Made by a program: the position numbers and the translations under genes. Positions 17,977 through 27,361 of a stretch of 44,521 nucleotides of DNA are shown piece by piece. The notes under the pieces were generated by a model that saw nothing but the letters and a program-made list of their open reading frames with translations, did no database searches and was not told the DNA's origin. Origin of the DNA: Oscillospiraceae bacterium. Its GTDB lineage: Bacteria > Bacillota > Clostridia > Oscillospirales > Oscillospiraceae. The stretch spans positions 1 through 44,521 of the forward strand of contig JAZOBG010000150.1 of NCBI GenBank assembly GCA_045595865.1, in the 5' to 3' direction. Position 1 is the first letter of the stretch. Each line of letters starts with the position of its first letter.

Positions 17977-18699
17977 TTGCCCGGATTGTTCAGACGGAAG
18001 AAAAAAGAGACTATTCCTTTTTGCTCTGCGGTTGTTGTGGCTGCGGGATCGTCCACACGTATGGGTCAGGATAAAATCATGCTTGAGTTGGCAGAAGTCC
18101 CTGTCATTGTTCATACGCTGCGGGCGCTGGATGATTGCCCGTATATCCATGAAATCGTTGTAGTGACTAGAGACGATTTGCTGGTGCCTGTCAGCAAATT
18201 GTGTGCTAAGTTTGGTTTGACAAAGGTGTGCAAAGTTGTTGTTGGCGGAGCAACCCGCGCCAAATCGGTTTACATGGGGATTCAGGAAGTGTCCAAGCAG
18301 GCGGAATTGATCGCGATTCAGGATGGTGCCCGTCCGCTTGTATCTCAGAGTGTTTTGCAGGAAGTGATTTTGACTGCGGGAAAATGCGGTGCAGCGGCCC
18401 CTGCGATTCCGGTAAAGGACACCATCAAGCAGGCGGAAAACGGTGTTGTGACCGAAACTCCGGACCGGGTAAAACTGTTTGCGGTCCAGACACCTCAGGT
18501 GTTTGAAGCAGATCTGATCCGAGCTGCGCTGCATAAGGCGGTGGACGAAAACCTGCCCATCACCGACGATTGTTCTGCGGTAGAAAGCTTGGGTATGAAG
18601 GTAACACTTACACAAGGGGCGGATGATAATATCAAGATCACGACTCCTGCCGACTTGGTTTTGGCTGAGGCTCTTCTTGCGTGGAGGATTGGCAAATGA
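17977..18699 (+). CDS. ispD: 2-C-methyl-D-erythritol 4-phosphate cytidylyltransferase
   Basis: Contains [12 protein letters not shown]...IQDGARPL...VQTPQVF. I prefer the TTG at 17977, which is 8 nt after GGAGG. The ORF opens at 17962, so the start is uncertain. Confidence 0.85.
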   Translation: MPGLFRRKKKETIPFCSAVVVAAGSSTRMGQDKIMLELAEVPVIVHTLRALDDCPYIHEIVVVTRDDLLVPVSKLCAKFGLTKVCKVVVGGATRAKSVYMGIQEVSKQAELIAIQDGARPLVSQSVLQEVILTAGKCGAAAPAIPVKDTIKQAENGVVTETPDRVKLFAVQTPQVFEADLIRAALHKAVDENLPITDDCSAVESLGMKVTLTQGADDNIKITTPADLVLAEALLAWRIGK

Positions 18700-19172
18700 G
18701 AATTGGACAGGGATACGATGTGCATCGTTTGGTGGAAGGACGTAAACTGATTCTGGGTGGTGTAGATGTTCCGTATGAGTTTGGACTGTTGGGGCATTCG
18801 GATGCTGATGTTCTGACGCATGCAATTATGGATGCTTTGCTTGGTGCCGCCGGAATGGGTGACATCGGTCGCCATTTTCCGGATACCGATCCCCGGTATT
18901 CCGGTGCAGACAGTTTAAAGCTTCTGGAAATTGTTGCGGGAAAACTGGCGAGTGAAGGCTGGGAAATTCAAAATGTGGATTCCACCATTGTGGCGCAGCG
19001 ACCGAAGCTTGCTGCATATCTGCCTCAAATGCAGCAGAATTTGGCTTCAGCAATGGGGATACGACCGGATCAGGTCAATGTGAAAGCCACCACCGAAGAA
19101 AAACTGGGCTTTACCGGCTCCGGTGAGGGCATGGCGGCACAGGCAATCGCCTTGCTAAACAAAGCGAACTGA
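18696..19172 (+). CDS. ispF: 2-C-methyl-D-erythritol 2,4-cyclodiphosphate synthase
   Basis: Begins [23 protein letters not shown]...[11 protein letters not shown]. The ATGA start overlaps the ispD stop. Confidence 0.92.
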   Translation: MRIGQGYDVHRLVEGRKLILGGVDVPYEFGLLGHSDADVLTHAIMDALLGAAGMGDIGRHFPDTDPRYSGADSLKLLEIVAGKLASEGWEIQNVDSTIVAQRPKLAAYLPQMQQNLASAMGIRPDQVNVKATTEEKLGFTGSGEGMAAQAIALLNKAN

Positions 19173-19178
19173 CAAAAC

Positions 19179-19220
19179 GCTCCTCTTGTGCATAGAATGT
19201 GCACGAGAGGAGCATTTTTT
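19179..19220 (+). terminator. Rho-independent terminator after ispF
   Basis: A 14-bp stem, GCTCCTCTTGTGCA/TGCACGAGAGGAGC, followed by ATTTTTT. Confidence 0.8.
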
Positions 19221-19257
19221 GAGTCCTCACAAGTGTATTTCGTGCACGGAGGTGAAT

Positions 19258-19512
19258 ATGGTTTATTATCTGATTATCTGCCGGTCCTTGACCTTCGCTC
19301 AAAAAACTGCGGCCGCACTGGAACGGGCCGGAATTACCGCCTATATAATGCGTGCACCGAAAATTGTTTCCGAAACCGGCTGCAGCCATGCGGTGAAGGT
19401 GTCTGAACGGCGGCTTGCCGACGCGCTGCAGGTTTTGAATCGGGTCGGTCTGTCGCCGGAGCGTGTGTATATTATGTCTGCAGACGGAAGTTACAAAGAG
19501 GTGAGTCTGTGA
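19258..19512 (+). CDS. DUF3343 (putative S/Se carrier-like) small protein
   Basis: An 84-aa protein, MVYYLIICRSLTFAQKTAAALERAGI...ETGCSHAVKV. GGAGGTG lies 3 nt upstream of the ATG. The track ORF start at 19186 lies inside the ispF terminator. Confidence 0.6.
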   Translation: MVYYLIICRSLTFAQKTAAALERAGITAYIMRAPKIVSETGCSHAVKVSERRLADALQVLNRVGLSPERVYIMSADGSYKEVSL

Positions 19513-20633
19513 TCTATCTGGACAGCGCGGCCACTACAATGCAGAAACCGGCTGCCGTCTCTGCTGCTGTTTGCCATGCGATGGAACAGATGGCAAGCCC
19601 TGGAAGGGGAAGCCACCGTCCTGCCATGCGTGCGGCTGAAACAGTGTTTCGATGCAGGGAAGCGGCGGCCCGCCTGTTCGGTGCGGCACAGCCGGATAAC
19701 GTGGTGTTCACATTTAATGCGACGCATGGACTGAATATTGCAATCAAGTCGGCGGTGAAGCCGGGAAGCTCGGTTTTGATTACCGGATATGAACACAATG
19801 CGGTGACGCGCCCACTGAGGGCGATCCCGAATGTGTCGGTTCGTGTTGCAGAAGGTCCGCTGTTTCGACCGGATCTGCTGCTGGAGCGTGCGAATGAGAT
19901 ATTAAAAGGCGGTATTGACGTTGCGGTCTGTACCCATGTGTCAAATGTATTTGGGTATGTACTGCCGATCAAGGAAATTTCAGACTTGTGCAAGGAGCGC
20001 GGAGTTGTTCTGATCGTGGATGCCTCCCAGTCGGCCGGATGTCTTTCTGTTTCCATGAAGGAATGGGGAGCGGAATTTGTAGCAGCGCCGGGGCATAAAG
20101 GTTTGTATGGGCCGCAGGGGACGGGCATACTGCTTTGTGCAAACGAAAGGGTTAAACCGCTGATAGAGGGTGGCACCGGAAGTGCTTCGGCGATTCAAAG
20201 CATGCCCGAGTACCTGCCGGATCGACTGGAGGCAGGTACACATAATATTCCGGGAATTGCCGGGTTGTTGGAAGGATTGAAGTTTATTGAAGAAAAGGGG
20301 ATATCAAATATTCTGGCCCATGAGCGGAGACTGGCTCTGCGTGCGGCACGGGAGTTGGAACGAATACCCGACATAGAAGTGTTTCGCACTCATGGGTTGA
20401 AAAACCAAACCGGAGTGCTGTCCTTCCGCCTGAGAGGGACGGATTGTGAAACAGTGGCAGAGCAACTAGGGCAGGCGGATATAGCGGTCAGGGCCGGTTT
20501 GCACTGTGCACCGTTGGCCCATCAAAGCGCAGGTACGATGGAAAGCGGGACGGTTCGCGTCAGTTTGTCTGCATTTAACAGTTTATACGATGTTGAACGA
20601 TTGGCAGAAACCGTGTCAAGGCTTTTTGCATGA
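19509..20633 (+). CDS. Class V aminotransferase-fold cysteine desulfurase family protein
   Basis: Contains IYLDSAATT..., the PLP-lysine region APGHKGLYGPQGTG, and the C-terminal active-site-like VRAGLHCAP. The GTG start overlaps the DUF3343 stop by 4 nt. Confidence 0.8.
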   Translation: MIYLDSAATTMQKPAAVSAAVCHAMEQMASPGRGSHRPAMRAAETVFRCREAAARLFGAAQPDNVVFTFNATHGLNIAIKSAVKPGSSVLITGYEHNAVTRPLRAIPNVSVRVAEGPLFRPDLLLERANEILKGGIDVAVCTHVSNVFGYVLPIKEISDLCKERGVVLIVDASQSAGCLSVSMKEWGAEFVAAPGHKGLYGPQGTGILLCANERVKPLIEGGTGSASAIQSMPEYLPDRLEAGTHNIPGIAGLLEGLKFIEEKGISNILAHERRLALRAARELERIPDIEVFRTHGLKNQTGVLSFRLRGTDCETVAEQLGQADIAVRAGLHCAPLAHQSAGTMESGTVRVSLSAFNSLYDVERLAETVSRLFA

Positions 20634-20647
20634 CAAATATTGATATG

Positions 20648-20689
20648 AAAAGGATCAGGGCTGTACTATCTGGAAAACCCTGATCCTTT
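20648..20689. terminator. Bidirectional terminator hairpin between convergent genes
   Basis: The stem AAAGGATCAGGG/CCCTGATCCTTT is flanked by an A-run on one side and a T-run on the other. Confidence 0.6.
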
Positions 20690-20703
20690 GCCGCATTATA
20701 AAT

Positions 20704-21747
20704 TTATTTCGGGGGAGACCAAAGCTCGGTCAAAGCAGGAATAGTTTTTCCCTGCCAGCCTGTCGTGGAATGAGCGGTCAGCATGGAATTGAGAACAGCC
20801 TCTTCCACGCATTCAGCCACGGCACGGAAGGGAAGGTCCATTTTATCTTCCGAGAAAAAGACACCTTGGCGCAGTGTTGATGTTTCACGGCTGTCCCATG
20901 GGTTTGCCGTAGAGAAAGCGAGGAACACTTCTCCGCTGCCGTGGCCGATGAAAGATCCCAGACGAGCAAGACCCACTGAAGCACGTTTGGCCACCCGTTC
21001 AAGCTGGCGGGAATCCATCGGCAGGTCGGTTGCAATAATCAGGATGCAGGAGCCTTTGTCCGGTTCGCGGGCGGACAGCTGTTCAGCCAGTTCTTTGCCG
21101 ATATTTTCCCCTTGAATGGTCAGGTCAGACAGACAGCCGTGGTTGGTCTGCGCCAGTACGCCGAGGGTGAAGGTCTGCCCGTCCAGTTCAATTTGGCGGG
21201 ACGCCGAGCCAACGCCGCCCTTGAGATCGTGGCAGATCATGCCGGTGCCGCAACCGACCGCACCCTCTTCGAAATCAGTAGATGCAGACCGAATTGCGTT
21301 CAGAACATGTTCTGCTTGAACAGCGCGGTGCTGGATATGATTCAGTGTACCGTCGTTGCACTCACAAACCACGGGGTTGACCGAACGGAGGGTATGGCCC
21401 TCTTCGGTGCAGCGGTCCACCATGTATCCGGCCAGAGCATCCCAAACAAGACCCACGTTCAAAGTGTTGGTCAGAGCAATGGGCGTTTCCAGCGTACCAA
21501 GTTCATTTACCTGAACAAGTCCGGCTGTTTTCCCGAAGCCGTTCAGAACAAAGGAGGCGGCAGGGAGCTTGTGAAAGAATGGATTTTCCGGACAGGGCAC
21601 AACGACGGTTACACCGGTTTTATGCTCTGAGGTGTCAATGGTACAGTGACCTACCGTGACTCCCGGTACATCAGTGATTTTATTTCTTGGGCCGGTGGGG
21701 AGCTGGCCCACGGTCAAACCAAAATCTCTGGCACGTTTCTGTTCCAT
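20704..21747 (-). CDS. P1-family (DmpA/S58-like) aminopeptidase
   Basis: Contains ITDVPGVTVGHCTI..., ...GGVGSAS... and ...GHGSGEVFLAFSTA, typical of the DmpA/BapA Ntn-hydrolase family. Confidence 0.8.
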   Translation of the reverse strand: MEQKRARDFGLTVGQLPTGPRNKITDVPGVTVGHCTIDTSEHKTGVTVVVPCPENPFFHKLPAASFVLNGFGKTAGLVQVNELGTLETPIALTNTLNVGLVWDALAGYMVDRCTEEGHTLRSVNPVVCECNDGTLNHIQHRAVQAEHVLNAIRSASTDFEEGAVGCGTGMICHDLKGGVGSASRQIELDGQTFTLGVLAQTNHGCLSDLTIQGENIGKELAEQLSAREPDKGSCILIIATDLPMDSRQLERVAKRASVGLARLGSFIGHGSGEVFLAFSTANPWDSRETSTLRQGVFFSEDKMDLPFRAVAECVEEAVLNSMLTAHSTTGWQGKTIPALTELWSPPK

Positions 21748-21862
21748 ATGTCATCAGCTCCAAACAGTTGTTTTGGCTATTTTACCACGCAATTGGGGAA
21801 TGACACAATATCAATCAAAAGAAATCTTGATATCTTCGTTTGAGAATTGTTTGCCCGCAGGG

Positions 21863-21891
21863 TTGACCTGTTTTTGACTTTACGATAAAAT
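21863..21891 (+). promoter_or_regulatory. Candidate promoter of pcrA
   Basis: TTGACC, a 17-nt spacer and TAAAAT, about 50 nt upstream of the ATG at 21941. Confidence 0.45.
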
Positions 21892-21940
21892 TATATAAAT
21901 TGATGACAGCCTCGAAATAGAACGGAGCAGCGAGTTTAAT

Positions 21941-24484
21941 ATGTTGGAACGAGATTTGGAACAGCGCTTTTGTCAGGCAAGGCGAGCCGCCATTGCTCTT
22001 GACTTTGAAAATTTGAATCCGGAACAGTGCAGGGCGGCCCTTTGTACCGAAGGGCCGCTGCTTTTGCTGGCCGGAGCCGGCAGCGGAAAGACCACGGTTC
22101 TGATCCATCGAGTGGCTAACCTGATTAAGTATGGCCGCGGCTCGGACAGCGATGAAGTTCCGCACTGGGTCAAACCGGAAGATGTAGCTTTTTTGGAGGA
22201 CTACATTTATCATCCGACTCCGGAAAAAAAGCTGCATCAGGAGCGTCTGTGTGCTTTGGATCCAACTGCGCCCTGGTCGATTATTGCAATTACGTTTACC
22301 AATAAGGCGGCAGGTGAGCTGAAAGAGCGTCTGGAGCGAATTTTGGGGCCTGCTGCACAGGATGTTTGGGCGTCTACATTTCACTCGGCATGTGTTCGTA
22401 TTTTGCGCCGGGATATTGATAAACTGGGTTTTGATAACTCATTTACTATCTATGATGACGATGATTCTCTGCGTCTGATCAAAGCGATTCTGAAAGAGCA
22501 GGATTTGGACGATAAAATGTTTCCGCCGCGCTCTGTACTTGGGTATATTTCCCGGGCAAAGGGTGCCATGGAATTGTCCGGTGCATATATGGCTAAATGC
22601 CAGAAAGACGGCGATTTACGCATGATCAAAATCGCGCGGGTGTATCAGGCCTACGAAAAGCGCCTGTGGGACGCCAATGCGCTGGATTTTGATGATATTA
22701 TTCTTCATACGGTCCGGCTTTTGGAGAGCAATGAAGAGGTGCGGGCATATTATCAAAATAAGTTCCGCTATGTCCTGATCGACGAGTATCAGGACACCAA
22801 TAACCTGCAGTACCGTCTGGCGGCTTTGCTGGCAGGGAAGTGGGAGAACATCTGTGTGGTCGGTGACGATGACCAATCAATCTACCGTTTCCGTGGAGCA
22901 ACCATTGAAAACATTCTTTCCTTTGAAAAGCAGTTCAAGGGTGCCCGTGTGATCCGGCTGGAGCAGAATTACCGATCTACCAAGAATATTCTGGATGCCT
23001 CCAATGCCGTAATCCGCAACAATCGGGGGCGCAAGGGCAAAGAACTGTGGACAAACCATAATGCGGGGGATAAAGTTCAGTTTTACACTGCCATGAACGA
23101 ACATGATGAGGCACAGTATATCCTTTCGCGCATCATGGCAGGTCTGAACAGTGGAAAGCAGGAAAAGGACTTTGCCATCCTGTACCGAAACAATACCAAC
23201 GCCAACGTGGTCTACCAGACTCTGGTACGAAACGGTATCAGCGTATATCAGCGTCACCCCATGACTGCCTCCATGGAAATCCGTGACATTATGGCCTATT
23301 TGTATCTGATCCAGAACGGCGACGACAATCTGCGTCTGAAACGCATTATTAACGTACCACCCCGCGGGATCGGTGACAAGACCATTGAAACGCTGGAATC
23401 TATTGCCGCACAGCGAGGGGAGAGTATGCTTTCGGTGCTTTGCGGGCCTCTTCCTGCGGAATTGAGCCGTGCGGCCTGTAAACTGGATTTGTTCCGTAAG
23501 CTGATGGAAGACTTGAAAATGCAGGTCAACATTTTGGATCTGCCTGCGTTCTATGAGTATTTGTTGGAACAGAGCGGCTATGTTCGCTCGCTGGAGGAGA
23601 AACCTACCCCGGAAAACCAGCGGCGCATTGATCGTTTGATGGAATTCAAGTCGATTATTCAGGACTATCTGCTCCGCACCCGGGAAAACGGAATGGATCC
23701 GACTCTGACCGGATTCCTGGAGGAGCTGGCGCTGGACGAGCAGTTGGGTGACCAGACGGATGAGGACGCAGGCACAAAGCCAAAGGAAGAGCGTGTTCAG
23801 ATGATGACCATGCACGGTGCCAAGGGTCTGGAATTCCCCGAGGTTTTCTTGATTGCAATGGAAGATGGAATTTTCCCTGGAACCCGTTCCATTGGCGAAC
23901 ATGAGGAGATGGAGGAAGAACGTCGTCTTTGCTATGTTGCTATGACACGTGCCAAGGAGCGATTGAATATCTCCTGTGCTGCACAGCGTATGCTCTACGG
24001 CAAAACCACCGCAAACAGGCCGTCTCGCTTTATTGGCGAGATTCCGCCGGAACTGTTGGAGCAGACCGGACGCAGAGTGTCTGCTCCGTCGGTTGGCATG
24101 GATGACTATGACTGGGATCAGAGCCGTCCGGCCTATGGACGATCTTCACCTTATGACCAGAGCCGCTATTCCGGAAATATGTATTTTTCACGAGCGGATT
24201 ACGGTTCGGGCCGGCATCCTTACGGCGGCTATGGCGGTGTTCGTTCCACCACGTCTCGTCCTACGGGCGTTCAGGGTGGGTATACGCCAAAACCCGCCTC
24301 GGCCAAAGGAGCTGGATTGCCCGATTTCCACAAGGGAGATATGGTGCAGCACAAGGCATTTGGAAAGGGTATGGTGCTGTCCATTCAGCCCATGGGCGGT
24401 GATGCTTTGGTTGAGATTGCATTTGATACCGTCGGAACCAAGAAACTGATGCTGAAAGCGGCCTCCAAGCACATGACGAAATGA
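21941..24484 (+). CDS. pcrA: ATP-dependent DNA helicase PcrA/UvrD with a long low-complexity linker before the C-terminal Tudor-like domain
   Basis: Contains helicase motifs AGAGSGKT, FTNKAA, DEYQDTN, YRS and TMHGAKGLEF, plus the C-terminal FHKGDMVQHKAFGKGMVLSI...VEIAFDTVGTKKLML. Confidence 0.92.
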   Translation: MLERDLEQRFCQARRAAIALDFENLNPEQCRAALCTEGPLLLLAGAGSGKTTVLIHRVANLIKYGRGSDSDEVPHWVKPEDVAFLEDYIYHPTPEKKLHQERLCALDPTAPWSIIAITFTNKAAGELKERLERILGPAAQDVWASTFHSACVRILRRDIDKLGFDNSFTIYDDDDSLRLIKAILKEQDLDDKMFPPRSVLGYISRAKGAMELSGAYMAKCQKDGDLRMIKIARVYQAYEKRLWDANALDFDDIILHTVRLLESNEEVRAYYQNKFRYVLIDEYQDTNNLQYRLAALLAGKWENICVVGDDDQSIYRFRGATIENILSFEKQFKGARVIRLEQNYRSTKNILDASNAVIRNNRGRKGKELWTNHNAGDKVQFYTAMNEHDEAQYILSRIMAGLNSGKQEKDFAILYRNNTNANVVYQTLVRNGISVYQRHPMTASMEIRDIMAYLYLIQNGDDNLRLKRIINVPPRGIGDKTIETLESIAAQRGESMLSVLCGPLPAELSRAACKLDLFRKLMEDLKMQVNILDLPAFYEYLLEQSGYVRSLEEKPTPENQRRIDRLMEFKSIIQDYLLRTRENGMDPTLTGFLEELALDEQLGDQTDEDAGTKPKEERVQMMTMHGAKGLEFPEVFLIAMEDGIFPGTRSIGEHEEMEEERRLCYVAMTRAKERLNISCAAQRMLYGKTTANRPSRFIGEIPPELLEQTGRRVSAPSVGMDDYDWDQSRPAYGRSSPYDQSRYSGNMYFSRADYGSGRHPYGGYGGVRSTTSRPTGVQGGYTPKPASAKGAGLPDFHKGDMVQHKAFGKGMVLSIQPMGGDALVEIAFDTVGTKKLMLKAASKHMTK

Positions 24485-24486
24485 TA

Positions 24487-24525
24487 GAAAACCGGATCAG
24501 GTCGAAATGACCTGATCCGGTTTTC
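24487..24525. terminator. Bidirectional terminator between pcrA and the HAD hydrolase gene
   Basis: A 17-bp perfect stem, GAAAACCGGATCAGGTC/GACCTGATCCGGTTTTC, with A/T runs on both sides. Confidence 0.8.
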
Positions 24526-25157
24526 TATAGAAGTTCCGTGAAATCCTTGATGCATCGGTCACAGGTTTGATGCATCATTGCTTCCTCATTTGTGTAAAGG
24601 GGATCCAGAATGCCTACAACAGTCATTCCCATTTCTTTGGCGATAGCGCAATTTTTAGGGGAATCCTCATAAAAGACACAGTCAACGGGAGAGGTATTCA
24701 GAAGACTCAATACTTGGTGGAAGAATCGGGGATCTCGTTTTTCAATCCCAAGTTCCTGTGCAAAGACAAGGTGTTGGAACAGGGGGGTCAATCCATGGCG
24801 TTTCAGCACGGCGTATCCCAACTCGGGAACGCAGGCGGTGACCAGAGCCAGTGTTTCTCCGGCGGCAGCCTGTTGGCGCAAATAATCAAGCACACCCGGT
24901 TTCAAAGGAATTTGATTCTCGTAAGCATCTTTGGCAAGGGCCATCCATTCGTCCATGATCGATTCTGGACTTTCGTTCAAATGATAATAATCGATCGTAA
25001 ACCGGGCGGCGGTAGGGAAGATTGCGTGACTTACTGCATCAAGATACTCGTCGGTTGCCTCCAAGTTTCGTTTGTTTAAAAATTTGTAATCCACTTCGCG
25101 CCACACACCATTGGAATCAATTAAGGTTCCGTCCAGATCGAATAGCTTCATATCCAA
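24525..25157 (-). CDS. HAD-superfamily hydrolase (beta-phosphoglucomutase-like subfamily IA)
   Basis: Contains motif I, FDLDGTLIDS, and a later YEDSPKN motif. Confidence 0.8.
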   Translation of the reverse strand: MDMKLFDLDGTLIDSNGVWREVDYKFLNKRNLEATDEYLDAVSHAIFPTAARFTIDYYHLNESPESIMDEWMALAKDAYENQIPLKPGVLDYLRQQAAAGETLALVTACVPELGYAVLKRHGLTPLFQHLVFAQELGIEKRDPRFFHQVLSLLNTSPVDCVFYEDSPKNCAIAKEMGMTVVGILDPLYTNEEAMMHQTCDRCIKDFTELL

Positions 25158-25732
25158 AACCTCCAGGGGAAATTTACAGCTTCTTCGGCGTAATCAATGC
25201 CGATACGAGGACCGCTGTTAATCTGCTCCGGTACTTCGCCGGAGCGGACAACGTACAGAATGTCCCCGGTCAGATCGATTCCGTTGAGAGAACGGTCAAG
25301 TGATAGACTTTTGCAGAGTTTGCCGGGTCCATTCAGGAAATTTTTGCGCTGATAGGCAGTTAACTCGCCGGTATTTTTTGGATAACGCAATTGTTTGATG
25401 GTTTCAAAACCGGATATGACCTCCAGACTGCGGATCAGTACGGCGGCCGGTTCGTCTTGCGCTTCGGTGACAAAGTTCAGGCAGTTGTACATACCGTAAA
25501 TCAAATAAATATATGCGGTTCCGGGCTGGGCGAACAAGGTTTCGGTCCTGTTTGTGCGCTTGTAACCATAGGCATGGCAGGCCTTGTCACAGCGGCCGAC
25601 ATATGCCTCGGTTTCGGTGATACGGCAGATTAGCGCCTCGCCGTTCCATATGCGCACGATATGATTGCCGAGCAGTTCCTGTGCCACAGTCAAAGTATCC
25701 CGTGCGTAAAAATCACGGCCAAGCTTCTCCAT
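25148..25732 (-). CDS. DNA-3-methyladenine glycosylase (AAG/Mpg family)
   Basis: Contains FYARDTLTVAQELLGNHIV...ITETEAYVG..D.ACHAY...GTAYIYLIYGMYNCLN. The ATG at 25732 follows GGGGTGAT. The track ORF extends 10 codons further upstream. Confidence 0.85.
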   Translation of the reverse strand: MEKLGRDFYARDTLTVAQELLGNHIVRIWNGEALICRITETEAYVGRCDKACHAYGYKRTNRTETLFAQPGTAYIYLIYGMYNCLNFVTEAQDEPAAVLIRSLEVISGFETIKQLRYPKNTGELTAYQRKNFLNGPGKLCKSLSLDRSLNGIDLTGDILYVVRSGEVPEQINSGPRIGIDYAEEAVNFPWRFWI

Positions 25733-25864
25733 TTGAATCACCCCTTTTTGAAAGTTTACCATAAATACCGGAGAAAAAACAACTGTTTGGAAAGGAAGTA
25801 ATATTGGATTATACCTGATGAAAATAAATTTAACGCTTTAACGAAAAAAAGTTTGGAAATGGGG

Positions 25865-25893
25865 TTGACAAAATCAAACACCGTGAATATAAT
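25865..25893 (+). promoter_or_regulatory. Consensus sigma-70 promoter driving the T-box leader
   Basis: Perfect TTGACA (25865-25870), a 17-nt spacer and perfect TATAAT (25888-25893). Confidence 0.75.
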
Positions 25894-25917
25894 GCAAACA
25901 ACAACCAAAAAGCAACA

Positions 25918-26187
25918 AACCAGTGAGGAAGAGAAGTAACCGGTCATTTCAAGGTTTAGCGAGCTGCGGACGGTGGGAGCGCAGTCCAGGGAACCCGGCG
26001 AATGGACTTCTGAGGGCGGCTTGAACGGGGGAGACCCTCAGTAGATGCCGACGGGATCCCACCCGTTATCCATCGGGCATGCGTGATGGCGCGTGAAGCG
26101 AGCGGACGTTTATACGTCAATTTGGGTGGTATCGCAGAAGCAAGTGCTTTTGTCCCATGGATGGGATGAAAGCGCTTTTTTGTTTTT
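25918..26187 (+). ncRNA. T-box riboswitch leader with a UGG (tryptophan) specifier
   Basis: The Stem I base/K-turn is AGUGAGGAAGAGAAGUA...CUUCUGAGG. The AG-bulge-like AGCGAG and a distal loop containing GGUGGGA are present. The specifier loop reads GAA-UGG-A (UGG at 26003-26005). The F-box CCGUUA lies at 26063-26068 and the T-box AAUUUGGGUGGUAUCGCAG at 26119-26137. The terminator stem spans 26142-26177, followed by UUUUUUGUUUUU. Confidence 0.85.
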
Positions 26188-26273
26188 CAAGCAAGGCCAT
26201 TGGCAGTGGCCCCTCCATCAACCACTCAAACAACAATATCAGCCCAAAGGGCAAACAAATGGAGGTTAAACCC

Positions 26274-27335
26274 ATGAAAAAAAACACTGTGAAGAAGATG
26301 ATTTCTCTGGTTGCCGCTCTGGCTATGACCGCATCTCTGGCTGCCTGTTCCAACAGTGATGAGATGCAGGAGACGAATGGAACCACTTATAAGGTGGGTA
26401 TCTGCAACTATGTGGATGATGCATCCCTGAATCAGATCGTGGAGAACATTGAAAATCAGCTGGCGGCCATCGGTCGGGAAAAGGGCGTTACCTTTGATAT
26501 TTCCTATGATAACTGCAATGCCGACGCTACCGTTATGAACCAGATCATCGCTAACTTTATTGCCGATGATGTTGACCTGATGGTGGGTGTGGCTACTCCT
26601 GTTGCCGTGGCGATGCAGACTGCTACCGAAGACAATCAAATACCCGTGGTCTTTGCCGCTGTTTCTGATCCTGTCAGCGCAGGTTTGGTGGAATCGTTGG
26701 ATGCTCCCGGTGCCAACATCACCGGTACTTCCGACTATTTGGATACAAATTCTATTATGAATCTAATTTTTGCTGCCGATGCCGCCACGGATAAGATCGG
26801 TCTGCTGTATGATCAGGGTCAGGACTCCTCCACCACTCCCATTGCTGCCGCCAAGGAATATCTTGAGTCCAAGGGCATTACGTACGTGGAACGCACCGGC
26901 ACTACCACCGACGAAGTGATGCTGGCTGCACAGGCTCTGGTTGCTGACGGTGTGGATGCTGTGTTTACCCCTACCGACAACACCATCATGACCGCAGAAC
27001 TGTCCATCTATGAAATCTTTATGGATGCCGGTATTCCTCATTACACCGGTGCAGACTCCTTTGCCCTGAACGGTGCTTTCCTTGGCTACGGCGTTGATTA
27101 TGCTAACCTTGGCGTGGAAACAGCCAACATGGTTGCCGGCATTCTGCTGGACGGCAATGATCCTGCTACGACGGCGGTTATGACTTTTGACAACGGAACC
27201 GCTACCGTCAACACCGAAACCTGCGAGGCTCTTGGTCTTGATTTTGCTGCGATTGAGAAAGCCTTTGCACCTCTGTGTACCAAGGTACAGATCATTACTA
27301 CCGCCGAGAGCTTTGATGATCTGGAAAACAATTGA
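26274..27335 (+). CDS. ABC transporter substrate-binding lipoprotein (ABC_sub_bind / COG2984-type, TrpX-like)
   Basis: GGAGGT lies 7 nt before the ATG at 26274. The lipoprotein signal MKKNTVKKMISLVAALAMTASLAAC has a LAAC lipobox. The body YKVGICNYVDDASLNQ...VGVATPVA is typical of the family. Confidence 0.85.
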   Translation: MKKNTVKKMISLVAALAMTASLAACSNSDEMQETNGTTYKVGICNYVDDASLNQIVENIENQLAAIGREKGVTFDISYDNCNADATVMNQIIANFIADDVDLMVGVATPVAVAMQTATEDNQIPVVFAAVSDPVSAGLVESLDAPGANITGTSDYLDTNSIMNLIFAADAATDKIGLLYDQGQDSSTTPIAAAKEYLESKGITYVERTGTTTDEVMLAAQALVADGVDAVFTPTDNTIMTAELSIYEIFMDAGIPHYTGADSFALNGAFLGYGVDYANLGVETANMVAGILLDGNDPATTAVMTFDNGTATVNTETCEALGLDFAAIEKAFAPLCTKVQIITTAESFDDLENN

Positions 27336-27361
27336 GCTATCGGTGTGATTTGACAGAATAG

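Noticed and set aside
21941-24484. The UvrD-like helicase as a possible defence-system component.
   Set aside because: It has the full PcrA motif set and the RNA polymerase-binding C-terminal domain. It stands alone between terminators and has no nuclease, methylase or other defence-type partner.
25756-25947. A 63-aa hydrophobic minus-strand ORF.
   Set aside because: It lies across the T-box promoter and the 5' end of the leader. Its Phe/Leu-rich translation merely reflects the A-rich plus strand.
26157-26273. Upstream extension of the substrate-binding protein ORF.
   Set aside because: It would begin inside the T-box terminator hairpin. GGAGGT-N7-ATG at 26274 gives a canonical lipoprotein signal peptide.
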